DNA of 64,000 bases from Podarcis melisellensis (Eukaryota): the NCBI GenBank assembly GCA_964234715.1, contig OZ174282.1, one strand, 5' to 3'. Below the pieces are notes generated by a model. That model worked only from the letters and a program-made list of their open reading frames with translations, made no database searches and had not been told where the DNA came from. Shown one piece after another: positions 37,566 to 49,769 of this stretch. The first letter of the stretch is position 1. Each line of letters starts with the position of its first letter. The translations under genes and the position numbers were made by a program.

Positions 37566-37885
37566 TTCTTCTTTTTAAGTGTATTTTTATTAAAGATTTC
37601 TTGGTTTACAAAAGTATGTGCAATGTCTTTTTTCCCCAAGTTACATTTTCTACAGATGAGTTTCATTTGTTGAGACATTAGTGTTACATTAGGAAGAAAA
37701 GAGGGAAAGGGGGGTGGTGATGGGGTCGGGTGGCGATGTTTCTATTTTGCTTAATGTATGTGTGGGGTGTTGTGTCAGAGTCGCTTGTGCAGGTTCTCTT
37801 TGCTATTCGCTTGTATTCCTTTGGTGGAGAGAGAGGTTGGGATTGGCCTAGGGTCTGGTTGTTCGTTTGTGATTGGCTGTGGTGA
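37566..37885 (-). mobile_element. Short retroposed insertion, probably an L1 3'UTR fragment
   Basis: 18-bp TSD aaaagggaaaggtttctt (37548-37565 and 37886-37903); AATAAA and an A-rich tail on the minus strand. Confidence 0.8.
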
Positions 37886-38624
37886 AAAAGGGAAAGGTTT
37901 CTTGCAAGAATCTTGAGATTACACACTTTCCCCTTTTCTCCTTCCATCCCACTCTTTTAGGATTGACAATCTCAGCTTGAAAAACGATATCTTGCTGCAG
38001 CTGTTAAAACTTCTTATCTTCAAAATGTGTCTATTCAATTATTTGCAAGTTCTGTTCGTTTGTAGAATTTGCCATCCCCCCTCCCTCTTGTGCCTTTGGG
38101 CAGCTATCCAACAGGAGTTCAGCTCTCCACGCCCTTGTTTTGCTCACAACTCCAAACTTGAAGCTATTCCAGTGAAAGCCAAGATTTTATTCCTGAAACG
38201 TTTCAGAACCTTTGTAAAAAAGAAGAGTGTAACAGAACTGGAACTAAACCCTAAACCAGATATGTTGCCAGATATTAGGCTTCATTATAATTCCAAAATG
38301 TTGGCTGAAGTGCTCACTTCCTCTGGTTCCCCCTCCCCCCTTTAAATTGAGCCTACAGCTTGTGACCTTGTTATGGCTTTCTTGGGCAGAAACCAGGGAA
38401 AATTCTGTGGTTAAGGCCATTTTATGTTTTTTCTTTACTCTAGTGAAACTGGAAATGGATTAAAAAGAGAGAAAGAGGAAGAGAAAAGAGCAAAACTTTT
38501 CTGTAGGAAGGTAGTAAGATTTGCACTGCAGTCTTTTCACTTTTTTCTTCTTACGAGGGATTTCCCTCATTTTTAAATTCACTTCCCATGGAAAAATCAT
38601 TAACCCATGTGCCACTAGGTAGAG

Positions 38625-39100
38625 GTGGGGGTGGGGTGGGAGGTGGCCCTTTCAGGTCTCCCCATCTGCCTCTTGGTTCTCTCCCCAGGCCACACTATTC
38701 ATTAGCCCTATTTCATACCCACTTTAAGAGTTTTTACATGGCCAGAATGTGCCCCTGAACTCTGTTAATGCCTCTTTAGTCTGAGGGCTACATTCCTACT
38801 GGGACACCCTTCTGAGGGCCACATACCATTAGTGGAAGAAGCCGTATACAAAAGTGGGCAGAGCAATGGATGTACAATTTATCCGTTATATTGTAGGCCA
38901 GTTTGTACTCACACTCACACATCCCTCTTTATCCTCCACCCAGACAAGCAAGAGGCATGATCAGAGTTCAAGGATATATTCTACCAAGGCAAAAAACACT
39001 TGGCGTAGGAGCAGGGCTTGTGATGGGTGTGACCTGGGGAAAGTTCTGAGAGCCAGACAGAGAGGCTTTAAAACAGACAGAGAGGCTTTAAAATCTTGGG
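38625..39100. mobile_element. Inverted pair of degenerate hAT-like element fragments (minus ~38625-38778, plus ~38780-39100)
   Basis: gaatgtgcccctgaactctgttaatgcctct is the reverse complement of agaggcatgatcagagttcaaggatatattc; same family as 595-1255. Confidence 0.55.
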
Positions 39101-39126
39101 CATCCAAGATAACAAGGCCATATTTG

Positions 39127-39610
39127 TAAGAACATAAGATCATAAGAAGGCCCATCTAGCCCAGAATCCTGTTTTCATAGTCACCAACCAGATGCCCTAA
39201 TGGGAAGTCAAAAAGCAGGACCTGAACACATGAACACTCTCCCCACATCCACCGTGGCTATTAGTCATTGATAGCTTTCTTTTCAATTAATTTGTCAAAT
39301 GCACTTTTAAAGCCAAGCAAGTTGGTGGCCATCGCTATACCTTCCAAAGTTTAACTATGTGCTGTGTAAAGCCGTCCTCCCTTTTGTATGCCCTGAATAT
39401 TCCAACATCGGGCTTCGTTAGATGACCCTGAAGTCTAGTGTTATTGGAGGGAGGGACTTCTCTTTGCCCACTTCCTCCAAACCATGCATAATTTTATACA
39501 CCTATCATGTTTCCTCTTAGTCACCTTTTCTCTGAACTAAAAAGCTTCAAATGTTGTAACTTTTCCACATTGCTCCATTCCTCTTGATGGTTTTCACCTC
39601 TCTTTTCTGA
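39127..39610 (-). mobile_element. CR1 LINE 3' fragment
   Basis: (taagaaca)-type tail, ggcccatctagcccag, caagttggtggccatc, agtttaactatgtgctgtgtaaa, ccttttctctgaactaaaaag. Confidence 0.82.
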
Positions 39611-40258
39611 TCAGTTGTTCTCTATTGATGTGGTAGACTCTGTTTGAAGAACAGTTTTCTTCCCTAGCCAGATGTTCTGGTTGTACAAAAGAAAGCACAG
39701 GTGCAGTATGACTATTGTGGCAACTTTTAAAAAGTCCCTGATCTAAATCCTACCTAAGGAACGTTCAATAATATTACGCTCATTAGAAAAAGAATAAGCC
39801 ACCAGAAGTCTGTAATAAATTATTTCCTTTTAATTGTTCTCCAAGTCCAGCATGAAGGAATGCCATTCTATTCTGGCAAGAATATTTTTACCTGTTGCCC
39901 CTGAAGTCAGACCACAGTGGGTACATTCAAATTCTATACATAGGGCAAAAGTCAGAGCTGATATGTCTTTTGAAAGTTAAATGTCCAATTTCTGTAAGGG
40001 CACAAGGGCAGCTCCTCACTGAGCTGTTCACTTTCACCTGCACTGTTCTGTCCCGTAGTAGAAAATACCAACAACATAGATGTAAAAATCCTTTGAAAAG
40101 AAAATCCCATGGGCCTCATAAAATGAAGGCATCTCTTCTCATTGCCTGAAGCAATCCAAATATATTTGCTTCTTCAGCTTGCATTTAGCATGTAGTGTCC
40201 TTCAAAGTCTCTTTCTTTGTTTTCAGAGAAAAACCAGTAATTCATGTATCTTGTACAT

Positions 40259-40795
40259 CAGGGGCAAGGAACCCCATTCAGCCCAAGGGCTGCATTCTAT
40301 GATGGGGAAGCTGGGGGTGGGGGCAATATGTCAGTGGTGGGTGGAACCAGAGTCGAAGGAGCCAGAGCACCAGATGTGACTTTTGCCTTTGTATATTAGG
40401 TTACAGTGGTACCTCGGGTTAAGTACTTAATTTGTACTAGAGGTCTGTTCTTAACCTGAAACTGTTCTTAACCTGAAGCACCACTTTAGCTAATGGGGGC
40501 CACCTGCTGCTGCTGTGCCACCGGAGCACAATTTCTGTTCTCATCCTGAAGCAAAGTTCTTAGCCCGAGGTATTATTTCTGGGTTAGCAGAGTCTGTAAC
40601 CTGAAGCGTATATAACCTGAAGTGTATGTAACCCGAGGTACCACTGTATATTCCCAGCACAAAAGTCATTAAAAAATGTGAGCTTATACCCCAACTAGGC
40701 AAAGCACTGCATGTTGGATGCCGACTGGGACAGGCAAGGGTTGTGGCCTGAACAGAATTTCAGGGGCCAGATAGAAGGCCTGGGGGCTGCTTCTG
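40259..40795 (+). mobile_element. Degenerate hAT-like element interrupted by MITE copy 4
   Basis: caggggcaaggaacc start; gatgtgacttttgcctttgta and ggggccagatagaaggcc shared with 595-1255. Confidence 0.5.
40404..40646 (+). mobile_element. Tc1/mariner (Tigger/pogo-like) MITE, copy 4, with a short internal duplication
   Basis: TA|cagtggtacctcgggtta...aacccgaggtaccactg|TA; taacctgaag.gta repeated near the right end. Confidence 0.93.
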
Positions 40796-43762
40796 TTCTG
40801 CATAGCAATCAAATCTAGCCTGTTTCATACTTATTTTACTAATTTCACAGTCTAAGTGTGCTATCTTAAGGTATTGTAAATGCTGTTTCGTGGCAACATT
40901 TACTAAATCTCTTCCCTCTCAAAGCTTCTTCAGTGTGTTTGTTTGTTTGAGACCTCATCTTCCTATTGCTGTACGTTTCAGATGCAGCATGCAAAGTTGC
41001 ACCGTTTCAAATACATTGTTACATGTAAGACAAGGACCATGAGTGCTGGAGTGGTAGAAGTGCTAACACATGCCCTTTAGAGGCAGCTGAAATAATAATA
41101 ATAACAGCAGCAGGAGCAATGAATTATTATTAATAGTTGTGAATTTTATTTCATTTATGAATTACTTTCCGTGAAGCATCTCAAAATGATTTCACAGTAC
41201 AGATAAATAAACAAATAAACGCGCATTTAAAAACCATTTCAACCCACTCTTGACATCTTTTGAGATTTGCTACAGTGATCATGAAATTTGAACACAGATG
41301 CAAGTTTTGGTTAGCATTAAGTGTATGAATTTCAAATCATTGTGTGAAATGTTCTGTTTCCCCACAAAATGGCTGTATGCTCAGAATTTCTTTTAAAGTA
41401 ATCTTCACCTGTTAATCGTAGAAAAGCAAATACTTTTATTGCACATTAGAGACTAATTGTGTGTGTGTGTTGAATGGCAGAATGTTTCTTGGACTAGATG
41501 CATTAAGGGTTACCTTTGGTAGACAGGTAAACATACACATGGATTTAGAGGTGGGAGTGTAAACAGTGACGTCAGGTGGAAATAAAATGCAGAAAAAAGA
41601 GTTGCAATCTGGATTCAATTAAAGTTTGAATGTATGCAAAATGAGCCCAATGGTCATTCACAGTAATTACCTCTTATGGGACAAGAAACTATTGTCATAG
41701 TTCAAGTCCAGATGAATAGAATCAAACTTAATTATCAATCCTAATTAACCTATTTCATGGAGGAGTTTCCCTTGGGGATTATAAATTGTATGACATCTTC
41801 AGAAGATAACCACATGGTCAGGATAAGTAGCAGTTTTTTGCTAGTGGGTTTTCCACCCACAAGTGACTATCTGGCCTGTGATGGTCATTAATAGAGTCAA
41901 ATGAATGGATTGGCGAGTTTTTCACATCCAGCTTTTAACAGATAATGTATATCTGGGGGCTTGAAAGACTGCTTGACCAATGTAGATACACCATTTTATA
42001 TAGTGATAAATTACCCGGGACTAGAAAATTTCAGATGTGGGAACCATGGACTGACTCCTTCCATAGGTGAGTTGGGGAAAGTGGGGTGGAATTTGGGGCT
42101 GGTGGGCGTTGCAAGGCAATGTATCTTCTGGACCATTTCCACCCTAAAAATTATTCACAGCTCCCTTTAGTAAACAGTGGCCTCAGTTGGCAGTTAAACA
42201 GTAAAAGAGTTTATTTTTATTTCTTGGAATTCAGTAGACCTGAAATGGCTGTTAAATGTTAACTTTCAAAAGACACACACATCAGCATTCTCAGCCACAG
42301 TGAAAGTGAAGGTGGGGACAAAGTAGGCTGGAGAATTAGAGGAGTTGTAGATTTTTGTTTTGTTTCAGATGCTTTCAGAACATACTCGCTGTTCCAGCCA
42401 CCTGTTTCTAAATAAATTACGCACCTTGTGAAGGGTGTGTTTGTGCCTTTTTGTGATAGATTCCACCCTTGTGGTAGCTCCTTTTCTTTGTCAGATAGTG
42501 ATCCCCTGTCACTACTTTCCTAAACCTCTTCTTGAAAAGCTCTGCTCAGTGGTCTTTCATGGAGACATTTAATAGAATATATAGACGGGGTGGCTAATCT
42601 GCAACCTAGAGACAGTGATTTCCACTGGATTTGGGGGCCTTTTCGCTGCCCAGTACCTGTTGAGCAAAGGGGGGGGGGGTAATGTGAAGAAATTATAGCA
42701 CTTCTGAGAGAGTAGAGGTGGAAATCTCCCTCTCTCATCATTAGGGCATGCTGGCTAAGGCTGGTATGAGTTGGAGTGCCAAACAAAAAAAAATAGGGGG
42801 GGCATGTTTACTACCTCTGCAAATTCAGTTTATTGACACACTGCAGCACTTTCCCCCTCTAAGACAGAGACCTTGTGCTCCATTTTGTAAGTCATTTGAA
42901 AATATTCACACATATGTAAGCAAGCAAGGATAATTTGTTACATTGCCCTTGTAAAGGTTATGGTAAAGCCTAATGAGTTAGCTTACTGGTTTTTCTTAAC
43001 CTAAAATACGCCCATGTTGAAAGTGCTGCGTCTGACAGTGAAAGGTCTTATAATTGTCTTTGGGGACATATTGCCTTTCTAGGAACTTTATGAAGCAAGG
43101 ACTCTCTCCTTTATTTTTATTTTTTTTAAATTGCTATTACTCAAGGCTTACACTCCAACCCACTGGATATAATAGGAGGAATCCGGTTGGTGTCAAAATG
43201 GAATCCACAAAGCCAGGCTCTTGAGTTCTTAGAAGCAGGGTTCCAATGAAATCTTTATATGTTTGGTATCACGTTGTTAAAAGTGGTGGGTATCTAGTGC
43301 TTTTTGGCCAAAAATAGCATAACTACTTTGCTAGTACATTGTCCAAGTGAATGTTAATATGCACATGATTTTCTTTCTTTTAAATCAAACAGCAATATTA
43401 ATGTGGACATGTCTGTGTGGTCTCCTGATTATGCATGCTTCCTGGGATAATGCTAGCTTTGATGTTTTTGTATGTGCTTTTTGAGCCTCCAAGGAACTTA
43501 CATCACCCAGAGACCTAAAATTAGGATGAAAATCTGTGGATGCAACCTTTGGGGTGATTTATATACACACATGTGGCCAGTGGTCCTAAGTGTTTGCCAC
43601 AAAGCCAAGTGGCAGGTATAGTACTTGTAGTCTAGATACAGCAGTTTAATTAGAATAAACCTCCAAATAAATTAAGTTGCTTCAAGGAAAGAACATAGTG
43701 AGCCAGTTTGGATGATCAGATCTCAGTTTGATAAATATGCACTGTGATTAGAAACCTCTAAT

Positions 43763-43873
43763 AGGGTTGTATCCAATTCTTGTCCTGTACAGAGCAGACC
43801 AATTGAAATTAATGGATGTGACTAACTTAGGTCAATGGGTCTAGTCTTGAGTAAAACTTAGTTAGATGCAACC
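43763..43873. mobile_element. Short palindromic MITE
   Basis: agggttgtatccaatt...agaccaattgaaattaatgg...caatgggtctag...agttagatgcaacct. Confidence 0.65.
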
Positions 43874-43934
43874 TATAGTTCTCCACTTCATCCAGCCTGG
43901 GAAACTATAGTTACCAGCTTTGTCACAAGTCAGG

Positions 43935-44017
43935 ATCATAGAATCATAGAGTTGGAAGGGACCAGAAGGGTCATTAATCCAACCCCCTGTAATGCAGGAA
44001 TCTTTGGCCCAACATGA
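43935..44017 (-). mobile_element. 3' half of the tRNA(Lys)-like SINE with CR1 tail
   Basis: (atcataga)2 gttggaagggacc...tccaacccc...gcaggaatcttt.gcccaacatg is the reverse of 45678-45768. Confidence 0.75.
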
Positions 44018-45614
44018 GACCACCTTCAAATAACTTAAACCACCATCAGATAAGTTAACTGTATCTTGGCTTGCACCTAAGCTGATAACCATGTTTTTCC
44101 CCAGAAATGGGTGTGGGTTTTTTTAAACTTCCTGGTTTGTTTACTTTTACTTTGTGCCATGAAGTGGTTGCATGTACTAGCGAAAAGCTTGTGCTTTTTG
44201 GGGAGGGTACAGGGAAAGCACTGTCATTGCTAGTGATTCAGAAAGGGGCAAACACAACTGGTTTTCCGCAACCACGATGAAAGCCAATTAGTACGAGCTG
44301 GACTAATCTCAGAAACAAACTCTTCCCACTTTGAAGAACACACAGAAACCACTTTATCAGCTATGCAAAACTGTTCCACCATCTCTCCAGAATGGCTTCC
44401 CAGAAATCTCTTTATTAAGTGGCAAATAGTAGCCTCTTTGATCGCCTAATCCAAGGGCATGGGGGGTACGGGGACTGTGGCCCTCCAGATGCCATTGGAC
44501 TCCAGCTCCCACCAGCACCCTCCAGGTTTGCTCCAAAGAAGAAAAGAAACAAGGCTCTTAGTAGCAACTGTCCCCTGGTCCATTTTAAACGCTGTTGTTC
44601 AGATAAAGGAAGGACGACTTCTAAGTACAGCATGGGAGCCACTATTCCAAAATACCAAGTGAGCACATTCTCTTCTGAGACATGACTCAATAACTGAGAT
44701 AAACAAAAGGAGGGAAAGGGTGAGGGAGGGCAGGAGTTAGACAGTAAGTCGGCGCGGTTACAAAGGTCATAGTTGTGCAACCTTGAAGGTACTAAATATA
44801 TGCTGTATTTAGAAATAAATAACATCAGCTGTTTCGTGCCTAATGATACAGTCTTTGCTTCAGAGGCATGTTTTAAAGGAGAATGGGGTGAGATTTTAAA
44901 GGAGGATGGAGTAAGTTCAGGGTGCTTTGCTCTGTGTGCTTTATAGAACTGGAAGTCGGAGGACAGGAGCCAAGGCACTTTGCCCATGCCCAGTAATTAA
45001 ATATGGCACAAATAAACAAAAGGAAGAAAGGGGAGAGAAAAGAGGCCCCTGGGTCACCCCCTTTTACCAGTTAAAAAGAGCGATATATTCTCTTTTTGGC
45101 TTCAAGGACAAAAACTGTGGTTCAAGTTAGACTAGAGAACTGTGGATACAACTGGTCATGTATTTGCAGCCAGTTCAATCACCAGGTAGAAGTGTAAGCA
45201 TTGCTAATTGCTTTGCATCAGGGCAAATGCAGGAAGAAGGAGAGAGCTGCTGCAACCGTACCCTCAGAATAGTTTACCAGTATCAGTAGTTCTGAGGAGC
45301 CATCAGATCCAGTCACCTCTCTGTGTGCCGCCCCTCAAATCACCCTCAGGGCTACAGCAGAAGCTTCAGTGGTGTCAGTGAAGTAGCCAGCTAGCTAGCT
45401 AGCTATATGGGAGGTTACTTGGGAGGTGCATGTAAGAACTTGCCTAGATCAGGGTCTGGCTAAGGGCCAGGAAGGGTTGGAGTTCAGCTCTCCTATATAA
45501 GCTCTCAGTCTGAGCCGCTTGAACCGCTGAAGTAATAATTTGTAATTTGCAAGCCTTAGGCTTCCAAATTTAGCCTTTCTGGACTGAGGGTAATGAATGA
45601 GGGTGAACTGATTT

Positions 45615-45768
45615 GACGGGATAGCTCAGTTGGCAGAACATGAGACTTACTAATCTCAAAGTCGTGGGTTTGAGCCCCATGTTGGGCAAAAGATTCCCAC
45701 ATTGCAAGGGGTTGAACTAGATGACCTTCATGGTTCTGTCCAACTATATAGTTCTCTGATTCTGTATG
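45615..45768 (+). mobile_element. tRNA(Lys)-derived SINE with CR1 3' tail
   Basis: gatagctcagttggcagaacatgagact...taatctcaaagtcgtgggtttgagccccatgttgggc resembles tRNA-Lys(CTT); followed by gggttgaactagatgacc...tccaact...gattct CR1 tail. Confidence 0.8.
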
Positions 45769-47594
45769 CTCTTCAAAGAATGTAAATTTGAAAAAGCTGC
45801 AGTTGTATTTCAGAGCTCTGCAAGGCTGTTGATACCAATCAGAAATGTGTGGATCAGTTCTGCTGTGCTGTCAAAATCTCAACATTTTGCACCAATCTGT
45901 GTGAATGCCCCTGTGTTTAACGATTCTCCTTTGTTTTTCTTGATGCTGAAAGATGATATGTATTTATCATCTGGCTTTGGTCTCAAGGCTGTTTCTCCAC
46001 TGATCTGTACCCCCTCCTCCGACCATTTTTGGAACAATCAACAATTTAGTCTAAAATCATGCTGGATGTTTGGGCTGCAAAGCTTAGTTTATTTTGTCCC
46101 TCTTTTCAAGGACTTAAGATGTTGCTGCAGGCAGCAGTTAGTCTAGAGAAAGCGGGCTAATGGCTAGTCCGTGATGTTTGTACTTTATAAAATATTGTTT
46201 TCGAAGCTTGTTCCCTTGGCTCTGACGCCAGCCCGCCCTGTGAACTTGAGCAGTGATGTTTGATCAAGCTGACTCATTGCTATCAACCTCTGTTTCCTTG
46301 TATGTAAAACAGGATTAATAGAAAGATGTATTGGTTTCCAGATGTTACAAAGAGCTAAGTACCATTGCTCAAATATTTTATGTGTTAAATCCTTGCAGTT
46401 GTAGGAGAGCATTCTGATAGGTTGCTTTTTTTTATTTATTGGAATATCATGTGCAAAAGGGACAAGAGAGACCGCCAGCTTTATAAGTGTCAGCTTTGCC
46501 TGTTTTGACACTGGATTTCATGGAGGTACTTTTGATGTATTCTTCTTAGCCATAATGATTTTTGTTTTGTCTAACAGATTCATCTTTAGCTCACTGCTTT
46601 AATTCCAAAGGGCTTTCAAGCCCTCACCTTGAAAAGGCTATTGGTGAAACAGAAATGTCTGAAGGAAGGAGTGACTTCAAATATTTTTTGGAGAGGAGCA
46701 TACTGCTAGTAGCAGCAAAGGCAGATTTCTCCCCTTCTGCCACTTCAAAAACATTACATTTGTCATAGCAATAATGACAAGTATTCTAAGGTGTGGGTTC
46801 TCTGTTGCATTTACGTTTTGTAGTGCTTTATGGCAAAGTGTGGGGGCTGTTACTGTCAAGAAGCAGTACTTTGCCAATAGACAAAACTAAAGAGCAATGT
46901 TTAAGTAATAACAAGCAAGTTTGCAGAAAAGCTAGCCCATTATATGGAGAGCAAGGAAGGTTTTAAACTGTTGCCTAGAGAGGCAAAGGGTCTAGTGGGC
47001 TTTCTTAATACATATCACAGCACATTCCTTGGAAGGCCTTGGGATTATAGACTGGATGCTTTCCAAAAACTTAAAAGAAATTTTAAAAAATCCTTTCCCT
47101 CATGTAAAGAATGTGTGTTTTGAAAGTGGAGGAACTGAGTCAAAGTTTGCTTCTCTGCACAATTACTAGCATGGGAGATGTGTGCGGCATTCTGAATTTA
47201 TAAATAAGACTTAAGTGGTTCTTAGGGAATTGTCCTCCCCTCCCAAAAAACCCCCCGTTAGAACATTTGGCATATTTAGCTGAATTAATGGATAAACTAC
47301 ATGGAAAATACAACTTTTAAATACTTCTGTAGGTGCAAACCCTTTGTGGCTGACAAAATAAATGTTTGTCTTTTTTGCAAATATCAGTCCAAAGCTACTT
47401 ACTTTGGAAAAATAGTGGCACTCTCCATTTTGCCTGTTTAATGAATAGTTTATAAAATTTACATTCCTTTAGAAATGGGGTATGCTTCTCATTACTATTT
47501 ACTAATTACTCTTATGTTCTTGACTGGACTGTTCATGCTGTAGATGCAAAACCACTTGCGTGTTCACCTTAAGAACGTAACATGCAATGTGGAA

Positions 47595-47705
47595 AATAGA
47601 CTGCCCTTGAGATCTTGTTGGACTTCACTTCCTATCAGCCATAGCCAGGGATGATGGCAGTTGTAAGCCAGCAACATCTGGAAGGCCACAGCCTCTCTCC
47701 CCGCC
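47595..47705. mobile_element. Short hAT-like palindromic MITE
   Basis: cccttgagatcttgttggact...gggatgatggcagttgtaagccagcaacatctggaaggccaca. Confidence 0.55.
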
Positions 47706-48022
47706 CCGGTATTTATACCATTTATATTCTGTACCTTCAACATGATCATATTTGCAGACTGCTGGCAAAAATGTGGTAAAAGCAGTATACTGTACAAAAG
47801 AATCAAACTAGCTAAACTAGTAACAAACCTCTAGAAGCCTCAAAGCTGCTTTGAAAGTTGGGAGGGGGGGACTCTCAACAAAGATCTCAAAATATTTTTT
47901 AAAGCCTAGGGAAATGTTTTAGCTGGACATAGTCAGACCATTGCCACATCTACGTCAATATTGTCTATGTTGCTTGGCAGCAGCTTACCAGAAATCACAT
48001 GGGTGATCTAGTTGTAACTTTC

Positions 48023-48190
48023 AGCACCCACTTTCCATGCAAAAGGTCTCAGGTTCAATCCATGGCATCTCCATGTTGGGCAAGGAGATGCTCCCTGTCT
48101 GAAACCTTGAGGAGCCACTGCCAATCAGTGGAACCAATACTGAGCTAGATGGGCCAATGATCTGACGTGTAGGATAGCTTCCTATATTCT
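48023..48190 (+). mobile_element. tRNA-derived SINE with CR1-like tail
   Basis: caggttcaatccatggcatctcca...ctgaaacc...aatactgagctagatgggccaat...agcttcctatattct. Confidence 0.75.
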
Positions 48191-48202
48191 TAACTACTAG
48201 CA

Positions 48203-48333
48203 CAAGGGGTAGTCAACATGGAACCCACCAGATCTGTGGACTACTATGAAACTCTCCCGGCATGGCTGATGCACTGGAATGATGTGGAGTTGCAGACCAC
48301 AACATCTGTAGGGCACCACATTGACTGCCCCTG
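48203..48333. mobile_element. Short hAT-like palindromic MITE
   Basis: aggggtagtcaacatgg ... acattgactgcccctg TIR-like ends; ccagatctgtggactac / gcagaccacaacatctg interior. Confidence 0.65.
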
Positions 48334-49703
48334 CTGTAAGGCAAAACAGCTGTGTTATATATTGCAGATGGCAGGCAAGGGATGATGACTTACTGGGGGG
48401 GGGGCTTCCCTAGTGATTTCATGACAAAATCAAATTTAAAACCAGGAAATTTGTCATAACTCAGTCTCTTGATAGATGTGCTGCACTATACTAAGAATGT
48501 CCACACAGAACTGAATTAAATGGCGCTCACTCGCAAATTAAATAGTGTTGCCATTTTGTCCTCCTTGTATTAGTCTAATCCTCCTTTAAAACAACCTTGT
48601 GTAAAACTTGGACTTTTGTTAAAACTTTTACTTTCATTCCAAGCTATGTTTCATTTCGTAGTGCTCTCTAATTCCTCTGAACTTCATTCTGTGTTTCTCC
48701 CTATTTTATTTTCCTCTTTCTGAGCTGTCTCCTTCACACCTTATATTCACTTTATTCCTTCTTCCCCACCCACTTTTCTTCTTCCTCCTACTGCTTTTAC
48801 TCTGGTTCTTATGCAGCATATTTCATTGTGATTGAGCTGTAATGTATAATTCATCAAGCTGCGTTGAACCATGAAGCTATTGTATGAAAGGGAGATGGAG
48901 ACAAGTTGAGCAAATGAAAGGCTTAATTCTAGTGTGGAGACTTGGCCTGCCCAGGCACAACTAATGCCAGCCTTCATTTCTGAAGAGCATGTCATTAAGC
49001 ATGGGAATGGGTGGCCATTAGGACTGCAGTGTCCCACCAAAAGCAACCTCCTTTTCTGTGCTTAATCTCAGTGACTGAAAATAACAATGTCCATTGTAAA
49101 GTGGCATAGCTCTTCTGAGCAGTGACATCGTTCTAATGCAGGTTGTTGGCATCTGTCTGTCTTCAGAGACAATGGAGTGCACCACCAGGGTCGAAGTCAC
49201 AGGTGAGAGCTGAGTGTAGGGTGGAGACCAAAGGTGGACAAACTACTGCAGAAGGAACATGTGTCTCCCACCAGAGATACTACCCGTCCCCTAACACCCC
49301 ATGCACCACTTACGATTTAGCACACCTAACCCAGCACACAAAGCATACATTATAATTGTGGGTTTGCCAGGGGCATATGGTAGAAACATAGGAAGCTGCC
49401 TTACACCCAAGCAGCTTTAGAAACTGAGATATGAAAGCTAGGAGCTAAATGGCACCTTAAACCTAGGTTATGGGCGTAACAACGGAATTTCTAGGTGTGC
49501 TTTTTTAATAGCAAGAATACAAAGCTATGAATGAACTGAATGGACTGCTGCTAAAGTATTAAGTTCATTTTTCACATGGTCTAGTCCTTCCCTTCCCCAC
49601 CCCCTAATATTCTTAAGAGGGTCTCTTTTCCAGTCTTCAGAGTGTAGCTGGAAGTGGGGAGGCAGAAAAAGGCCTTCATTTCCTTCCACTCTGCAGTTTT
49701 AAT

Positions 49704-49769
49704 CTGGGGGCCGGATTTAGAATGCGATTGGGCCGGATCCGGCCCCCGGCCTTAGTTTGCCTACCCATG
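49704..49769. mobile_element. hAT element right-end fragment
   Basis: gggccggat x2 ... ggcccccggccttagtttgcctacccatg, resembling the right end of 24934-25142. Confidence 0.6.

Noticed and set aside
45615-45690. tRNA-Lys gene
   Set aside because: Anticodon loop disrupted, multiple stem mismatches, fused to a CR1-like tail; it is a SINE head
48660-48820. Very long pyrimidine tract ending tgcAG (similar tracts at ~51200-51245 and ~52635-52665)
   Set aside because: No convincing donor or open exon downstream; insufficient support
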